A DNA stretch of 64,000 bases, taken from positions 239,071-303,070 of the forward strand of contig JBAOHO010000012.1 in the NCBI GenBank assembly GCA_037045355.1, given 5' to 3'. Positions 28,387-37,901 of the stretch are shown here, one piece after another. Positions within the stretch are counted from its first letter, which is position 1; each line of letters opens with the position of its first letter. The DNA comes from Candidatus Nanopelagicales bacterium (GTDB lineage Bacteria; Actinomycetota; Actinomycetes; S36-B12; GCA-2699445). The notes under the pieces are model-generated. The model was not told the DNA's origin. It searched no databases and worked only from the letters and a program-made list of their open reading frames with translations. A program made the translations under genes and the position numbers.

Positions 28387-29658
28387 TCAGCCCGGGCGAC
28401 CGGCGATGCCACCGCGGGTGGGAGCCGGTTCCGGGGCCGTCTCGTGCTCGATCGGTGGGTGCGTGCGGGCGACCCAGGCGGCATAGCGCCCAGCCAGGGG
28501 TCCGGCGCTGATGCCGTGTGCGAAGACACTGATCAGCACGGTCACCGCGAGGGTGCCGATGACATCGGTGATCAGCGGTGCGGAGTCGCCCAGGTCCTCG
28601 ATGGCGAGGATCGCGAAGATGACGGTCGCGAGCCCGCGCGGCCCGAACCAGCCGAAGAAAGCGACCGTCTGCCACCGGAATCCCGTGCCCCACAGGCTGA
28701 TCCAGACCGGGACCATGCGCAGAACGGTGAGGATCAACAGGGCCATGACCACCCACTGCCAACGGATCCCGAACTCGACCACCAGCAGTACGAGGCCACC
28801 GCCCATGAACCACACGGCCAGACTGAAGAGGTCCGTGATCAGTTGCAGCAACTGACTGCTTTCGGGCTCGGCTCGCAAGGTGCTGGAGGCGCCACCGAAG
28901 ATGAGACCACCGACGAAGGCTGCGATGAAGACATTGCCCCCGGTCATGGTGGCGAGCCCGAGCAACAGCAGAGGCAGGGCGAACACAGCGATTTCGCGGC
29001 TGTCGACCGAACTCCACTGGAACTCCCGGGAACGATCCGTGAGCCACCCACCCGCCAATCCGACGACGACGGCGAGACCCAGGCCGACGGCCACCGGAAT
29101 CACGCCGATGCCGAACAGGGAAGGGTCCTCGCTGGGCTCAGCCGCGATGGCGGCCAGTGCCAGGAGGACCAGCGGAGTCGCAAGACCGTCGTTGAGTCCG
29201 CTCTCCACGTTGAGGGCTCGGCGAACGCGGACCGGGACGGACGGGTTGAGCACCGTCGGCGCCCCGAGTCCGGCATCCGTGGGAGTGGCGGCCGCTGCGA
29301 GTAGCAGCGCTCCGGCCACGCCGACAGCCGGCAGCAGCCACAGAGCAGTGCCCAGGGTCGCGACGAGGGCCAGCGGAAACCCGATGGCGAGCAATCGCAG
29401 CGGCAACCCGTAGTCACGCACCAACCCGGACAACTGCACGGTGGCAGCGTCATGAAACAACACCATGACCAGCGTCACCTCGGCCATGAGGTGCACCCAA
29501 CTGAGGTCGATCGACGCCAGACCGCTCAGCCGGAACACGACAGCCCCGACGACGAGAGCGATCATCGGAGCGGTGATGTTCCAGTTCAGCGATCGCTGAG
29601 CCGTCAGGGCGTAGAGCAGGATCAACCCCGCGACAAGTGCGAGCGCGAGGTCCGGCAT
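28387..29658 (-). CDS. cation:proton antiporter (Na+/H+ exchanger family)
   Basis: 423-aa polytopic ORF with about 11-12 hydrophobic segments, ESGLNDGLATPLVLLALA (typical CPA1 motif) and WFGPRGLATVIF. Confidence 0.85.
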   Translation of the reverse strand: MPDLALALVAGLILLYALTAQRSLNWNITAPMIALVVGAVVFRLSGLASIDLSWVHLMAEVTLVMVLFHDAATVQLSGLVRDYGLPLRLLAIGFPLALVATLGTALWLLPAVGVAGALLLAAAATPTDAGLGAPTVLNPSVPVRVRRALNVESGLNDGLATPLVLLALAAIAAEPSEDPSLFGIGVIPVAVGLGLAVVVGLAGGWLTDRSREFQWSSVDSREIAVFALPLLLLGLATMTGGNVFIAAFVGGLIFGGASSTLRAEPESSQLLQLITDLFSLAVWFMGGGLVLLVVEFGIRWQWVVMALLILTVLRMVPVWISLWGTGFRWQTVAFFGWFGPRGLATVIFAILAIEDLGDSAPLITDVIGTLAVTVLISVFAHGISAGPLAGRYAAWVARTHPPIEHETAPEPAPTRGGIAGRPG

Positions 29659-29774
29659 GACCGCAGCGTAATGATCCGGTCGCGTGATTTGTACGGATGT
29701 CTTGCGGGAAGCGGGTGACTCGGTGTGTCCTTCTCCCTATGGCTCTTCTTTCCCCTATGAGTTCTCTATTCCCC

Positions 29775-30761
29775 ATGACTCGTATCGTGACCCGAACGGG
29801 GACACTCACGGCCTTGGCCGCTTCATCGCTTGCGCTTGGCCTCATCGGGGTCCCGTCGGCAACCGCTGTTCCGGCAGCGCCCACCAGTCCGGCGGCGAAG
29901 GCGGCCAAGATCCAGAAGTTGGTCGTCGCGACGCGAACCGACGGGGATGCCCGCCTGGTGCTGACGGGCAAAGGGAGGGGAGTGAAGAAGGCGCGAGTGA
30001 CGATTGGGGGCGCCAAGTACCAACTGCGTAAGGCGAAGGCGACCGCGAAAGCCCGGCGCACAGGGTTCACGCTGGCTTCCTCGTGGCGCGAAGGCTCTGC
30101 AGCGATTCAGCTGCGTGACTCATTCGGGAGTACCGCAACCGTCGCACTCTCGACGAAGACCGGACTCGTCCGCGAGCGGGTTGAGGTCGAACCCGCGGGC
30201 ACCGATGGGGGCGGCGGGGCAACCAACCCCGGGACGCCACCCACCGACCCTGGAACCCCCGCGCCGGACCCGGGTGGAGGTGCGGACAACGGCGGCGGTG
30301 GTTCAACGCCCGCCCCATTGTTCGCGGCGCCGAGCAGCGACTTGATCGGCCCCGACGCGGTAGCGGCGCTCCAACCGTACTTCCTGGACTCACGCTTCAC
30401 GGATTGCCCGGCCGGCTGGGGCAGCGGCAGCTGCGCGGTCGAGACGCGATACTCCCACATGTCCGATGGCCGGCAGTTCTACTGCCGCCTGACCAATGCA
30501 TCAGGCCCGGACATCAACTCGGTCGGCACGATCGTCGGCATCCTCGGGGCGGAGTTCAAGACGGACGGCTCGTGGGCGGTCACGTACGTCATGGACTCCT
30601 ACGGCAACCCGACTCATTACACCTGGCGGGTTGCCTCCGACGGTTCCGTGACCGGCGAGTACTGGGGTCCCGGCAGGGATCCGAACACAACAACCGGTGA
30701 GCCCATCACGGGCCTTCAGTGGGTGCGCGGGGGGCTGCCCTGCGACCAATGGACTCCGTGA
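29775..30761 (+). CDS. secreted hypothetical protein (signal peptide, Gly/Pro linker, Cys-containing C-terminal domain)
   Basis: In-frame ATG 29775: MTRIVTRTGTLTALAASSLALGLIGVPSATAVPA. I did not recognise any family. Confidence 0.6.
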   Translation: MTRIVTRTGTLTALAASSLALGLIGVPSATAVPAAPTSPAAKAAKIQKLVVATRTDGDARLVLTGKGRGVKKARVTIGGAKYQLRKAKATAKARRTGFTLASSWREGSAAIQLRDSFGSTATVALSTKTGLVRERVEVEPAGTDGGGGATNPGTPPTDPGTPAPDPGGGADNGGGGSTPAPLFAAPSSDLIGPDAVAALQPYFLDSRFTDCPAGWGSGSCAVETRYSHMSDGRQFYCRLTNASGPDINSVGTIVGILGAEFKTDGSWAVTYVMDSYGNPTHYTWRVASDGSVTGEYWGPGRDPNTTTGEPITGLQWVRGGLPCDQWTP

Positions 30762-30857
30762 CCTGCCCGCAACGTTGGCGCTCGCCCCACCGAGGCTGGC
30801 ACCCACTCCAGCGGACGAGTAGCCGCTTCGAGGTGCAGTGTGGGCTCGAGTCAGAGG

Positions 30858-30995
30858 TCAGCTGCGGTCGAACCAGTTGCGGCTGATCCCGATCAGCGCA
30901 CCGATGGCCGCCAGCAGACTGACCCACACCGGGTTCTCGGTGAAGTAGGCGACGAGCAGTCCGACCAGGACACCGACGGCAATGCCCACTCCCAT
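30858..30995 (-). CDS. possible small two-TM membrane protein (45 aa)
   Basis: Internal ATG of ORF 30858..31091: MGVGIAVGVLVGLLVAYFTENPVWVSLLAAIGALIGISRNWFDRS. Support is hydrophobicity and GC3 bias only. Confidence 0.35.
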   Translation of the reverse strand: MGVGIAVGVLVGLLVAYFTENPVWVSLLAAIGALIGISRNWFDRS

Positions 30996-31280
30996 GCTGC
31001 GGCCGTCGAATCCGTTCACGCGCCCGACCCTACCCCGGAAGCGCCGATCCCCCGGCTCGCTCCGCGCCACCAGGGCAGTGCCCTGGCACACGAGCCCATG
31101 GACCCCACGAGCCCATGGACCCCACGAGCGGAGCAGGATCCTCGCATCCGGGACCGGCGTGGCCCATCAACCAAGCGCCGAGGCGTGGTCAGCCCGGCAG
31201 ACCACGTGCCGGACCGGTCGGCGCATGGCACGGTAGCGTCAGGCGTGGCCACGGCAGCGCGTCCCCCCATCTGGGACCTC

Positions 31281-32540
31281 ATGCACAATCGCGGCTTCCT
31301 GAAACTGTTCGGCACTCGTCTGACCGGTTCGGTCGGGGACGGCATCCTGCAAGCAGCGTTGGCGACGTTCGTCCTGTTCTCTCCCGAACGCCAGCCGACT
31401 CCGCTGGCGATCGCGGCGTCGTTCGGCATCCTGCTGTTGCCCTACTCGTTCATCGGCCCCTTCGCAGGCGTCTTCCTGGACCGGTGGCGGCGGCGGCAGG
31501 TACTGGTCTTCGCCAACTGGCTGCGCGCCGTGACGACGGTCGGTGTGATCCTCGTCGTCGCGACCGGACGCGTCGGCGTGGAGTTGGGCCTGATCGTCCT
31601 GGCGACCCTCGGCCTGGGGCGGTTCGTGTTGTCCGGGTTGTCTGCGGCCCTGCCCCATGTCGTACCGCAGCGGCAACTTGTGACGGCGAACTCCCTGGCA
31701 CCGACCGCCGGGACCGTCGTGTACGGCATCGGGGCTCTGGTGGGGATCGGGATCCGCGGGCTCGCCGGAGGTGGAGACCAGGGCATCCGATGGGTCCTGA
31801 TCAGCGCTGCCGTGGTCTACGTGGCCGCCGGGCTGATCCCACTGAGTCTGCGGGCGGACCAACTCGGACCGACCGGCGACCGACCTGGGCAGACATTCGC
31901 GGGAGTCGCCCGCGGGTTCGTCGATGGATTCTCGGTGTTGCGCTCCGACGCTGCCTCCTGGCGGGCGGTCACCGTGGTGTTGCTCAACAGGCTCGCGTTC
32001 GGCTCGTTGACCGTGCTCCTCCTGCTGGTGCTCCGCAACACGCTCAATCCGCCGACGGACGCCGACTCGGCGTTGGCCGACTTCGCGATCGTCGCAGGGG
32101 CAGCCACCGTCGGAGCCCTGGGAGCGGCGCTGATCACACCGAGCATCACGCGGCGGCTGGGCACCATCCGGTGGACGACGATCACGCTGGTCATCAGCGG
32201 GATCGCCGCCCCGGTGCTGCTCTTCCCGGTGACGATGCCCGCACTGACCGCGGCCGGGTTCGTCCTGGGGTTGACCCAGCAGGCCGCCAAGATCGGCGGC
32301 GACACGACACTGCAGCGGCGCATCAGCGACGACCACCTCGGGCGGGTCTTCTCGTTGTACGACGTCGGAGTCAACGTGGCCCTCGTGGCCGGGGCCCTGC
32401 TCGTCGCCGTCACTGCGCCCCCGAGCGGAGTCTCCATCATCGGATTCCTCGCTCTTGGAATGTTCTACCTCGTCATCGCTGCCTGGTACCGCCGCACCCG
32501 CGAGGATGCTCCGGCTGGAAGGAACACCTCGACCACCTAA
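31281..32540 (+). CDS. MFS transporter
   Basis: In-frame ATG 31281: MHNRGFLKLFGTRLTGSVGDGILQAALATFVLF..., GPFAGVFLDRWRRRQVL (MFS loop 2-3 motif), and about 12 TM segments. Confidence 0.82.
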   Translation: MHNRGFLKLFGTRLTGSVGDGILQAALATFVLFSPERQPTPLAIAASFGILLLPYSFIGPFAGVFLDRWRRRQVLVFANWLRAVTTVGVILVVATGRVGVELGLIVLATLGLGRFVLSGLSAALPHVVPQRQLVTANSLAPTAGTVVYGIGALVGIGIRGLAGGGDQGIRWVLISAAVVYVAAGLIPLSLRADQLGPTGDRPGQTFAGVARGFVDGFSVLRSDAASWRAVTVVLLNRLAFGSLTVLLLLVLRNTLNPPTDADSALADFAIVAGAATVGALGAALITPSITRRLGTIRWTTITLVISGIAAPVLLFPVTMPALTAAGFVLGLTQQAAKIGGDTTLQRRISDDHLGRVFSLYDVGVNVALVAGALLVAVTAPPSGVSIIGFLALGMFYLVIAAWYRRTREDAPAGRNTSTT

Positions 32541-32559
32541 TCCGACGCGGGTGGAACGC

Positions 32560-32585
32560 GGTGCCTCGCAGTAGAAAGAGGCACC
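32560..32585. terminator. hairpin between convergent MFS and cca genes
   Basis: GGTGCCTC / loop gcagtagaaa / GAGGCACC. No clear U-tract. Confidence 0.35.
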
Positions 32586-32650
32586 CGAACCGTGCCTGCG
32601 GACCCCGGGGGACGATCTCGTCCGAGTCGCGCGGGACGACATGACTTCGG

Positions 32651-34099
32651 CTACTGATCGTCCTCCTGGCGAGCCGCCCACCATTCAGTGAGTTCTTTCG
32701 TGGCCGCCTGCGGTCCGATCGGGCCGCGGTCCAGACGCAGGTCGAGCAAGAACTTGTACGCCTGACCGACCTCGCGTCCCGGGCCGATGCCGAGCACCGA
32801 CATGATCTGGTTGCCATCCAACTCGGGGCGGATGGCTGACAGTTCCTCAGCCGCCGCCAGTCGGTCGATGCGCTCTTCCAATGAGTCGTACGAACGTTGC
32901 AGGGCTCGGGCGCGGCGCTGATTGCGGGTGGTGCAGTCGGCGCGGGTCAGCTTGTGCAGGCGCGGCAACAAGTCGCCGGCGTCGCGCACATAGCGGCGCA
33001 CCGCCGAGTCGGTCCACTCCCCGCTGCCGTAGCCATGGAATCGCAGGTGCAGTTCCACGAGCCGAGAAACATCGTCGATCTCGGTCTTCGCGAAGTGCAG
33101 TGCCCGCAGACGTTTCGCGGCCATGCGGGCGCCCACGACCTCGTGGTGGTGGAACGACACGCCGCCCCCGGACTCATGGCGTCGGGTGCGTGGTTTGCCG
33201 ATGTCATGCAGCACTGCTGCCAGGCGGAGCGTCAAGTCCGGGCCCCCGTCCTCGAGTTGGATAGCCTGCTCGAGGACCGTGAGACTGTGCTCGTAGACAT
33301 CCTTGTGTCGGTGATGCTCGTCGATCTCGAGTTGGAGTGCGGGCAACTCCGGCAGCATCACGGCGGCCAGCCCCGATTCGGTCAGGACCGCCAGCCCTCG
33401 GCGGGGAAACTCCCCCAGGAGCAAACGCACCAACTCGTCGCGGATACGTTCGGGTGACACGATCTGCAGGCGATCGGCCATCTGGGAGATCGCCGCATAT
33501 GTGTCTGGCTCGATGGACACCCCCAACTGGGACACGAACCGGGCGGCTCGCATCATCCGTAGCGGATCATCCCGGAACGAATCGGTGGGACGTCCCGGCG
33601 TGCGCAACCGCCCCGCGGCCAGGTCGATCAGGCCGCGGTGCTCATCGACGAAGCGCAGCTCTGGAAGTCGGATCGCCATGGCGTTGATGGTGAAGTCGCG
33701 CCTCATCAGGTCGCCGGACAACGTGGTGCCGAATGTGACGTCAGGTTTGCGCGTCTCGCCGTCATACACGTCGGCGCGGTAAGTGGTGATCTCGAAGGCT
33801 CGATCTCCTTTGCGGGCGCCAACCGTGCCCCACCGGATTCCGACGTCCCACACCGTGTCCGCCCAGCCGGAGAGCAGCGCAACGGTGTCCTGCGGAGGGG
33901 CATCGGTGGCGAGATCGATATCGACGTCAGCCATGTCGCCACTGACGGAGTCACGGACACAGCCCCCCACGGCGGACAACTCGAACCCAGCCGCAGCGAA
34001 CCGCTCCCCCAGTGCCACGATTCGCGGCTCGGAGTCAACCAGTCGCTGCACCGCCTGCTCCTGGACGGCCACCAGCGGTGCGGGCAGAGAGGTGGTCAC
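32651..34099 (-). CDS. cca: CCA tRNA nucleotidyltransferase / poly(A) polymerase family with HD domain
   Basis: 482 aa: VGGCVRDSV...DIDLAT, RRDFTINAMA, and the HD region HRHKDVYEHSLTVL...AAVLHDIGKP. Position next to the NUDIX gene matches the mycobacterial pcnA-mutT4 arrangement. Confidence 0.9.
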   Translation of the reverse strand: MTTSLPAPLVAVQEQAVQRLVDSEPRIVALGERFAAAGFELSAVGGCVRDSVSGDMADVDIDLATDAPPQDTVALLSGWADTVWDVGIRWGTVGARKGDRAFEITTYRADVYDGETRKPDVTFGTTLSGDLMRRDFTINAMAIRLPELRFVDEHRGLIDLAAGRLRTPGRPTDSFRDDPLRMMRAARFVSQLGVSIEPDTYAAISQMADRLQIVSPERIRDELVRLLLGEFPRRGLAVLTESGLAAVMLPELPALQLEIDEHHRHKDVYEHSLTVLEQAIQLEDGGPDLTLRLAAVLHDIGKPRTRRHESGGGVSFHHHEVVGARMAAKRLRALHFAKTEIDDVSRLVELHLRFHGYGSGEWTDSAVRRYVRDAGDLLPRLHKLTRADCTTRNQRRARALQRSYDSLEERIDRLAAAEELSAIRPELDGNQIMSVLGIGPGREVGQAYKFLLDLRLDRGPIGPQAATKELTEWWAARQEDDQ

Positions 34100-34192
34100 C
34101 GGCCCAGGGTAGGCGACCTTGCCGGACTGGTGACGGTCAGTCGTCCCGGCCGACGTGGGGCTCGGGTTGTGAACCGCCTCGGGTTTGGGGCC

Positions 34193-35170
34193 CTACTGGG
34201 GCATGGGGCCTGACTCAGGCATCGGGAGGCTGAACAATCGGTTGTCGAGTTCGACTCGCCGCGCCAGCCCGAGCACCCGCAGGATTCGGGCGTCGCGCGG
34301 GGTGAGCATGTACTCGTCCCGGAACAGTTGCCGCAGGCGCCGATCCTTGCCGCGGCGTTGAGCCCGGGCCGACTCACGGCGGAATCGCTCCGTTTGCCGA
34401 CGGCGACGCTTTGTGGTGTGGCCGACCATGTCCGCCCGATCTTCGCGTCCGGACCATTTGGCCAGCCACCCGGTATAGGTGCCGGCGTCGTAGTGCAGGA
34501 CTCTCAGGTCCCGAGCAACCACTGTCGTGAACGTGGCTGCCTCGAGCATGGCCGGCGGCGGCCCGTGGATGCGGATGTACGGCACTGAACCGTCCAGGCA
34601 CACCAGGGCCTTGCCCTTGGTGTGACCGCGGAAGTACTTGCCGCGCCGGAACGGGGACCGAACACCCAACCGCTGCGCCAAGGCGATGCGGTCTGTGCGG
34701 TTCTCCTTGAACAACGTGAACTCGCGGAACGGATCAACCGAGTCCAGCCGGGGTGGCACGGCCTCCATCGGCATCATCTGCACGTGTGAGACGCCCGCCA
34801 CCAACTCCTGCTCCAACGCGGACCGGACATCACCAGGCGCCCAGATCAGCTCGTCGCTGTCGATGTGGGCCACCCAGTCGAGGTCGGCGGGAGCCATGAC
34901 GTTCATCAGGTGCCACATGATTGCGTGCTGCTTCTCCGGGACAAGCTCCGGAAGCCGGGTGACGCCCGGCCGTAGCGACTCCCGCCATAGGTTGTCGTCG
35001 CAGGGAATGGCCTGGACTCTCGGCTGCCCGGCAAGGGCGGCGATCGCCGGATCCTCGGGGTCGTCGAAGTAGATGACCATGCGGTCGATCCCGATATTGA
35101 GGTGGTAGGCCACCCACTCGGTCAGAATCTCAACGGGGGCTCGGACCAGCGAGGCCGTGCCGATGCGCAT
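34193..35170 (-). CDS. glycosyltransferase family 2/92-like protein
   Basis: Internal ATG 35170 (MRIGTASLVRAPVEILTEWVAYHLNIGIDRMVIYFDDPEDP...HIDSDELIW). The longer ORF start at 35323 would overlap the divergent NUDIX gene. Confidence 0.65.
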   Translation of the reverse strand: MRIGTASLVRAPVEILTEWVAYHLNIGIDRMVIYFDDPEDPAIAALAGQPRVQAIPCDDNLWRESLRPGVTRLPELVPEKQHAIMWHLMNVMAPADLDWVAHIDSDELIWAPGDVRSALEQELVAGVSHVQMMPMEAVPPRLDSVDPFREFTLFKENRTDRIALAQRLGVRSPFRRGKYFRGHTKGKALVCLDGSVPYIRIHGPPPAMLEAATFTTVVARDLRVLHYDAGTYTGWLAKWSGREDRADMVGHTTKRRRRQTERFRRESARAQRRGKDRRLRQLFRDEYMLTPRDARILRVLGLARRVELDNRLFSLPMPESGPMPQ

Positions 35171-35294
35171 GCCCAGCCTCCACCCCTCGGCGCCGAACCT
35201 CGCCAGTCGTTCGCCGAATCTGGCCAGACGCCGAACCTCGCCAGTGTAGGACTCCACGCAGTCACGGGGACCCCGCGGCAGCAGCAGGACGGTT

Positions 35295-35810
35295 ATGGTG
35301 GATTTCATGTCCGAGCGGCGCACTCATTCCCGCCCCGCCGGACCACCCCGGCCCCGTACGCGACCACCCCGGCGCGTGCGCACCGTCGACGAGGTCAGCG
35401 CCGGGGGATTGGTCGTGGATCGCCTCGATCCCGCGGCACAGGCGCTGCTGATCTCCCGGTTCGATCGACGCGGGCGGCTGATCTGGTCGTTTCCCAAGGG
35501 TCACGTGGAACCGGGTGAGACCGAGGCCCAGACAGCTGTCCGCGAAGTGGGCGAGGAGACGGGCATCACCGCCGAGGTTGTCGAACGGTTGGGGGACATC
35601 GACTTCTGGTTCATGGCGGATGGGCGTCGGATCCACAAGACCGTCCACCACTTCCTGATGGTCAGCCGCGGTGGCCAACTGTGTGCCGACGACCCCGAGG
35701 TTGAGTCGGTCGAGTGGGTCCCCATCTCCGCGGTCCCCGGACGGCTCGCCTACTCCGACGAACGGGCGCTGCTCGCTAAGGCCCGTGAACGACTGTCGGA
35801 ACTGGCGTAG
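35295..35810 (+). CDS. NUDIX hydrolase (MutT4-like)
   Basis: Nudix box GHVEPGETEAQTAVREVGEETGI. The start is ATG 35295 or ATG 35307. Confidence 0.88.
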   Translation: MVDFMSERRTHSRPAGPPRPRTRPPRRVRTVDEVSAGGLVVDRLDPAAQALLISRFDRRGRLIWSFPKGHVEPGETEAQTAVREVGEETGITAEVVERLGDIDFWFMADGRRIHKTVHHFLMVSRGGQLCADDPEVESVEWVPISAVPGRLAYSDERALLAKARERLSELA

Positions 35811-37901
35811 GTGCGCGCGATCCGCCGGGCCGTGCCGGTCGTGCTGATCTGGGGGGCGCTGCTCCCCAGCTTTCTGCTGCCCATCTTTCTGCTGTCTGGT
35901 GCACCTGCGGCAGTTGCCGCGGACGAGCCCGCCGAAGTCCTCATCGAGTCGGTCGCGCCGGGGATTCCCGACGAGAAGGCGACGCTGCGGATTTCGGGTC
36001 GCGTGGCCAACACCGGCGACACCGATCTTGCGTTCCCCGAGGTTCAACTGCGGTTGTCCCCATTGCCCTTGAACAGTCGGGGTGAGGTCACCGAGGTCCT
36101 CAACGGATCCACCGACCGCACCGGCAACCCCATCCCGTTCACCCTGACTCCCATCGGCGAGACCCTCGAAGTCGGCCAGCAGGCACAGTTCAGGTTGACG
36201 GTTCCCTTCGCCGATCTGCCCTTGGACCCGGGCGGATCCGGGGTGTACGCGGTGTTCGTCGAACTGCTGTCCGGTGGGTTCACCGTCATCCAATCCGGGA
36301 CGGTCCTCCCCTGGTTCGGGTCGGACGCCGACTTCACCGCATCCGAACTTGCCTGGGTGTGGCCCATCGCCCAACAGCCGGCGATCGCTGCCGATGAACT
36401 GGTGCTGGACCCATCCCTACCCGGGGAATACGCCGCCGGCGGGCGGCTGGGACGGCTGCTGACCCTGGGCCAAGACCGACCTGTCTCCTGGCTGGTCGAC
36501 ACCAGCGTCCTGGAAGCGGCCCGGTCCATGGCCGACGGCTATCAGGTGGTCGGACCCGACGGACCGGAACCCGGTGACCAGACGGACAGCGCCGCCGAAT
36601 TCGCCCGCCGACTACAGCAACTGCTCACTGACGCCCAGGTCGCGGAGTCTCAGTTCGCGTTGGCTGACGCGGACGCGTTGCAACGCGCAGGCCTCGAACC
36701 GTTCGTCGTACGCAGCGCATCGCTGCCGGCAGTCGTCTCCGGTGGCGCAGCCCGCGCGTCGGACGCCGGGGTCCTGTTCCTGGCACCTGGCGGCAACAGC
36801 GATCGTGCGACATTGCAGACCCTCACCGATGCGGGGGTGCGGCGGGCCCTGCTCGGCGATCAGGTCTTCCCCCCCGATCCGCCCACTGCTTTCACCCCGT
36901 CGGGGATCACATCGATGACCGTGGGTGGCACGAAACTCGATGTACTGCTTGCCGACCGACTACTCGGCCGCATCCTCAACCGACCGCTCGCCACCGCGGC
37001 AGAGCGCTCCCGGGCCCGTCAGGAGTTCCTGGCCGACACCGCGATGATCACCTTGGAACTCCCCGGCGAATCGCGCAGCGTCGTGGCGGTCCCCCCGATG
37101 CTGTGGGATCCCCCCGAGTCATGGCTCACCGCCCTCGTGGGCACTCTCGACAAGGCGCCGTGGATTCAGTTGGTTGGACTCGACTCGGTCGCGGCCGCCC
37201 CCGCGGTTCCGCGCATCGATCTGGGCTACTCCGATGTCGCCCGGCGCAAGGAACTCCCCCTTGACTACACCCGTCGGCTGGGCGAGCTCGACACCGAACT
37301 CGATCGGCTGTCGCGGATCGTCATCGACCCGGCGGGGTATGGGGAGTCGTTCCGACTGGCGCTGCAGCGCGCCGGGTCAGCCGTGTGGCGCGATGAGCCG
37401 GCTGCTCGTAATGCGCTGCTGGAGACCATCGACCGCCAACTCCAAGAGCAGAAGGACAAGGTACGGGTGGTGTCGGCGGGGACTGTGACGCTCGCCGGCG
37501 ACAGCGGAGTCGTTCCGCTGACCATCGCCAACGATCTGGACCGACCGGTGTCGGTCGGGGTCCAACTGGCGACCGAGAACCCCATCACCTTGCAGTACAC
37601 CCCGCCAGATCCGGTCCGCATCGAGGCCAAGGAGAAGGTCGGGCTCGAGGTCCCGGTGCGGGTGGTGGGGAGTCAGACCATGCCCGTCGACGTGCTGCTG
37701 ACCGACCGAGACGGTGAGTTGTACGACGACTCCGCGACCATCGAGTTGCGCTCGACCGCTGCCACCCGGATCGCGACGGTCGTCGTCGGAGTGGGTGGGG
37801 TTGCACTGGTGATCCTGACGGGACTGAACCTCGTCCGCCGTCGTCGCACCCGCCTACGGACCAATGACCCAGAACCCCAGCGGCAGGACGAGCGTGTCTG
37901 A
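35811..37901 (+). CDS. conserved secreted/membrane-anchored protein, Rv3909/DUF6049-like
   Basis: 696-aa ORF starting at the GTG directly after the NUDIX stop. It has an N-terminal signal and a C-terminal TM (IATVVVGVGGVALVILTGLNLV). Its position between the NUDIX gene and murJ matches mycobacterial synteny. Confidence 0.75.
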   Translation: MRAIRRAVPVVLIWGALLPSFLLPIFLLSGAPAAVAADEPAEVLIESVAPGIPDEKATLRISGRVANTGDTDLAFPEVQLRLSPLPLNSRGEVTEVLNGSTDRTGNPIPFTLTPIGETLEVGQQAQFRLTVPFADLPLDPGGSGVYAVFVELLSGGFTVIQSGTVLPWFGSDADFTASELAWVWPIAQQPAIAADELVLDPSLPGEYAAGGRLGRLLTLGQDRPVSWLVDTSVLEAARSMADGYQVVGPDGPEPGDQTDSAAEFARRLQQLLTDAQVAESQFALADADALQRAGLEPFVVRSASLPAVVSGGAARASDAGVLFLAPGGNSDRATLQTLTDAGVRRALLGDQVFPPDPPTAFTPSGITSMTVGGTKLDVLLADRLLGRILNRPLATAAERSRARQEFLADTAMITLELPGESRSVVAVPPMLWDPPESWLTALVGTLDKAPWIQLVGLDSVAAAPAVPRIDLGYSDVARRKELPLDYTRRLGELDTELDRLSRIVIDPAGYGESFRLALQRAGSAVWRDEPAARNALLETIDRQLQEQKDKVRVVSAGTVTLAGDSGVVPLTIANDLDRPVSVGVQLATENPITLQYTPPDPVRIEAKEKVGLEVPVRVVGSQTMPVDVLLTDRDGELYDDSATIELRSTAATRIATVVVGVGGVALVILTGLNLVRRRRTRLRTNDPEPQRQDERV

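Noticed and set aside
31239-32684. 481-aa minus-strand ORF, with the 509-aa plus ORF 31115..32644
   Set aside because: Both overlap the MFS transporter frame and encode Arg/Asp/Gly-rich sequence without hydrophobic structure.
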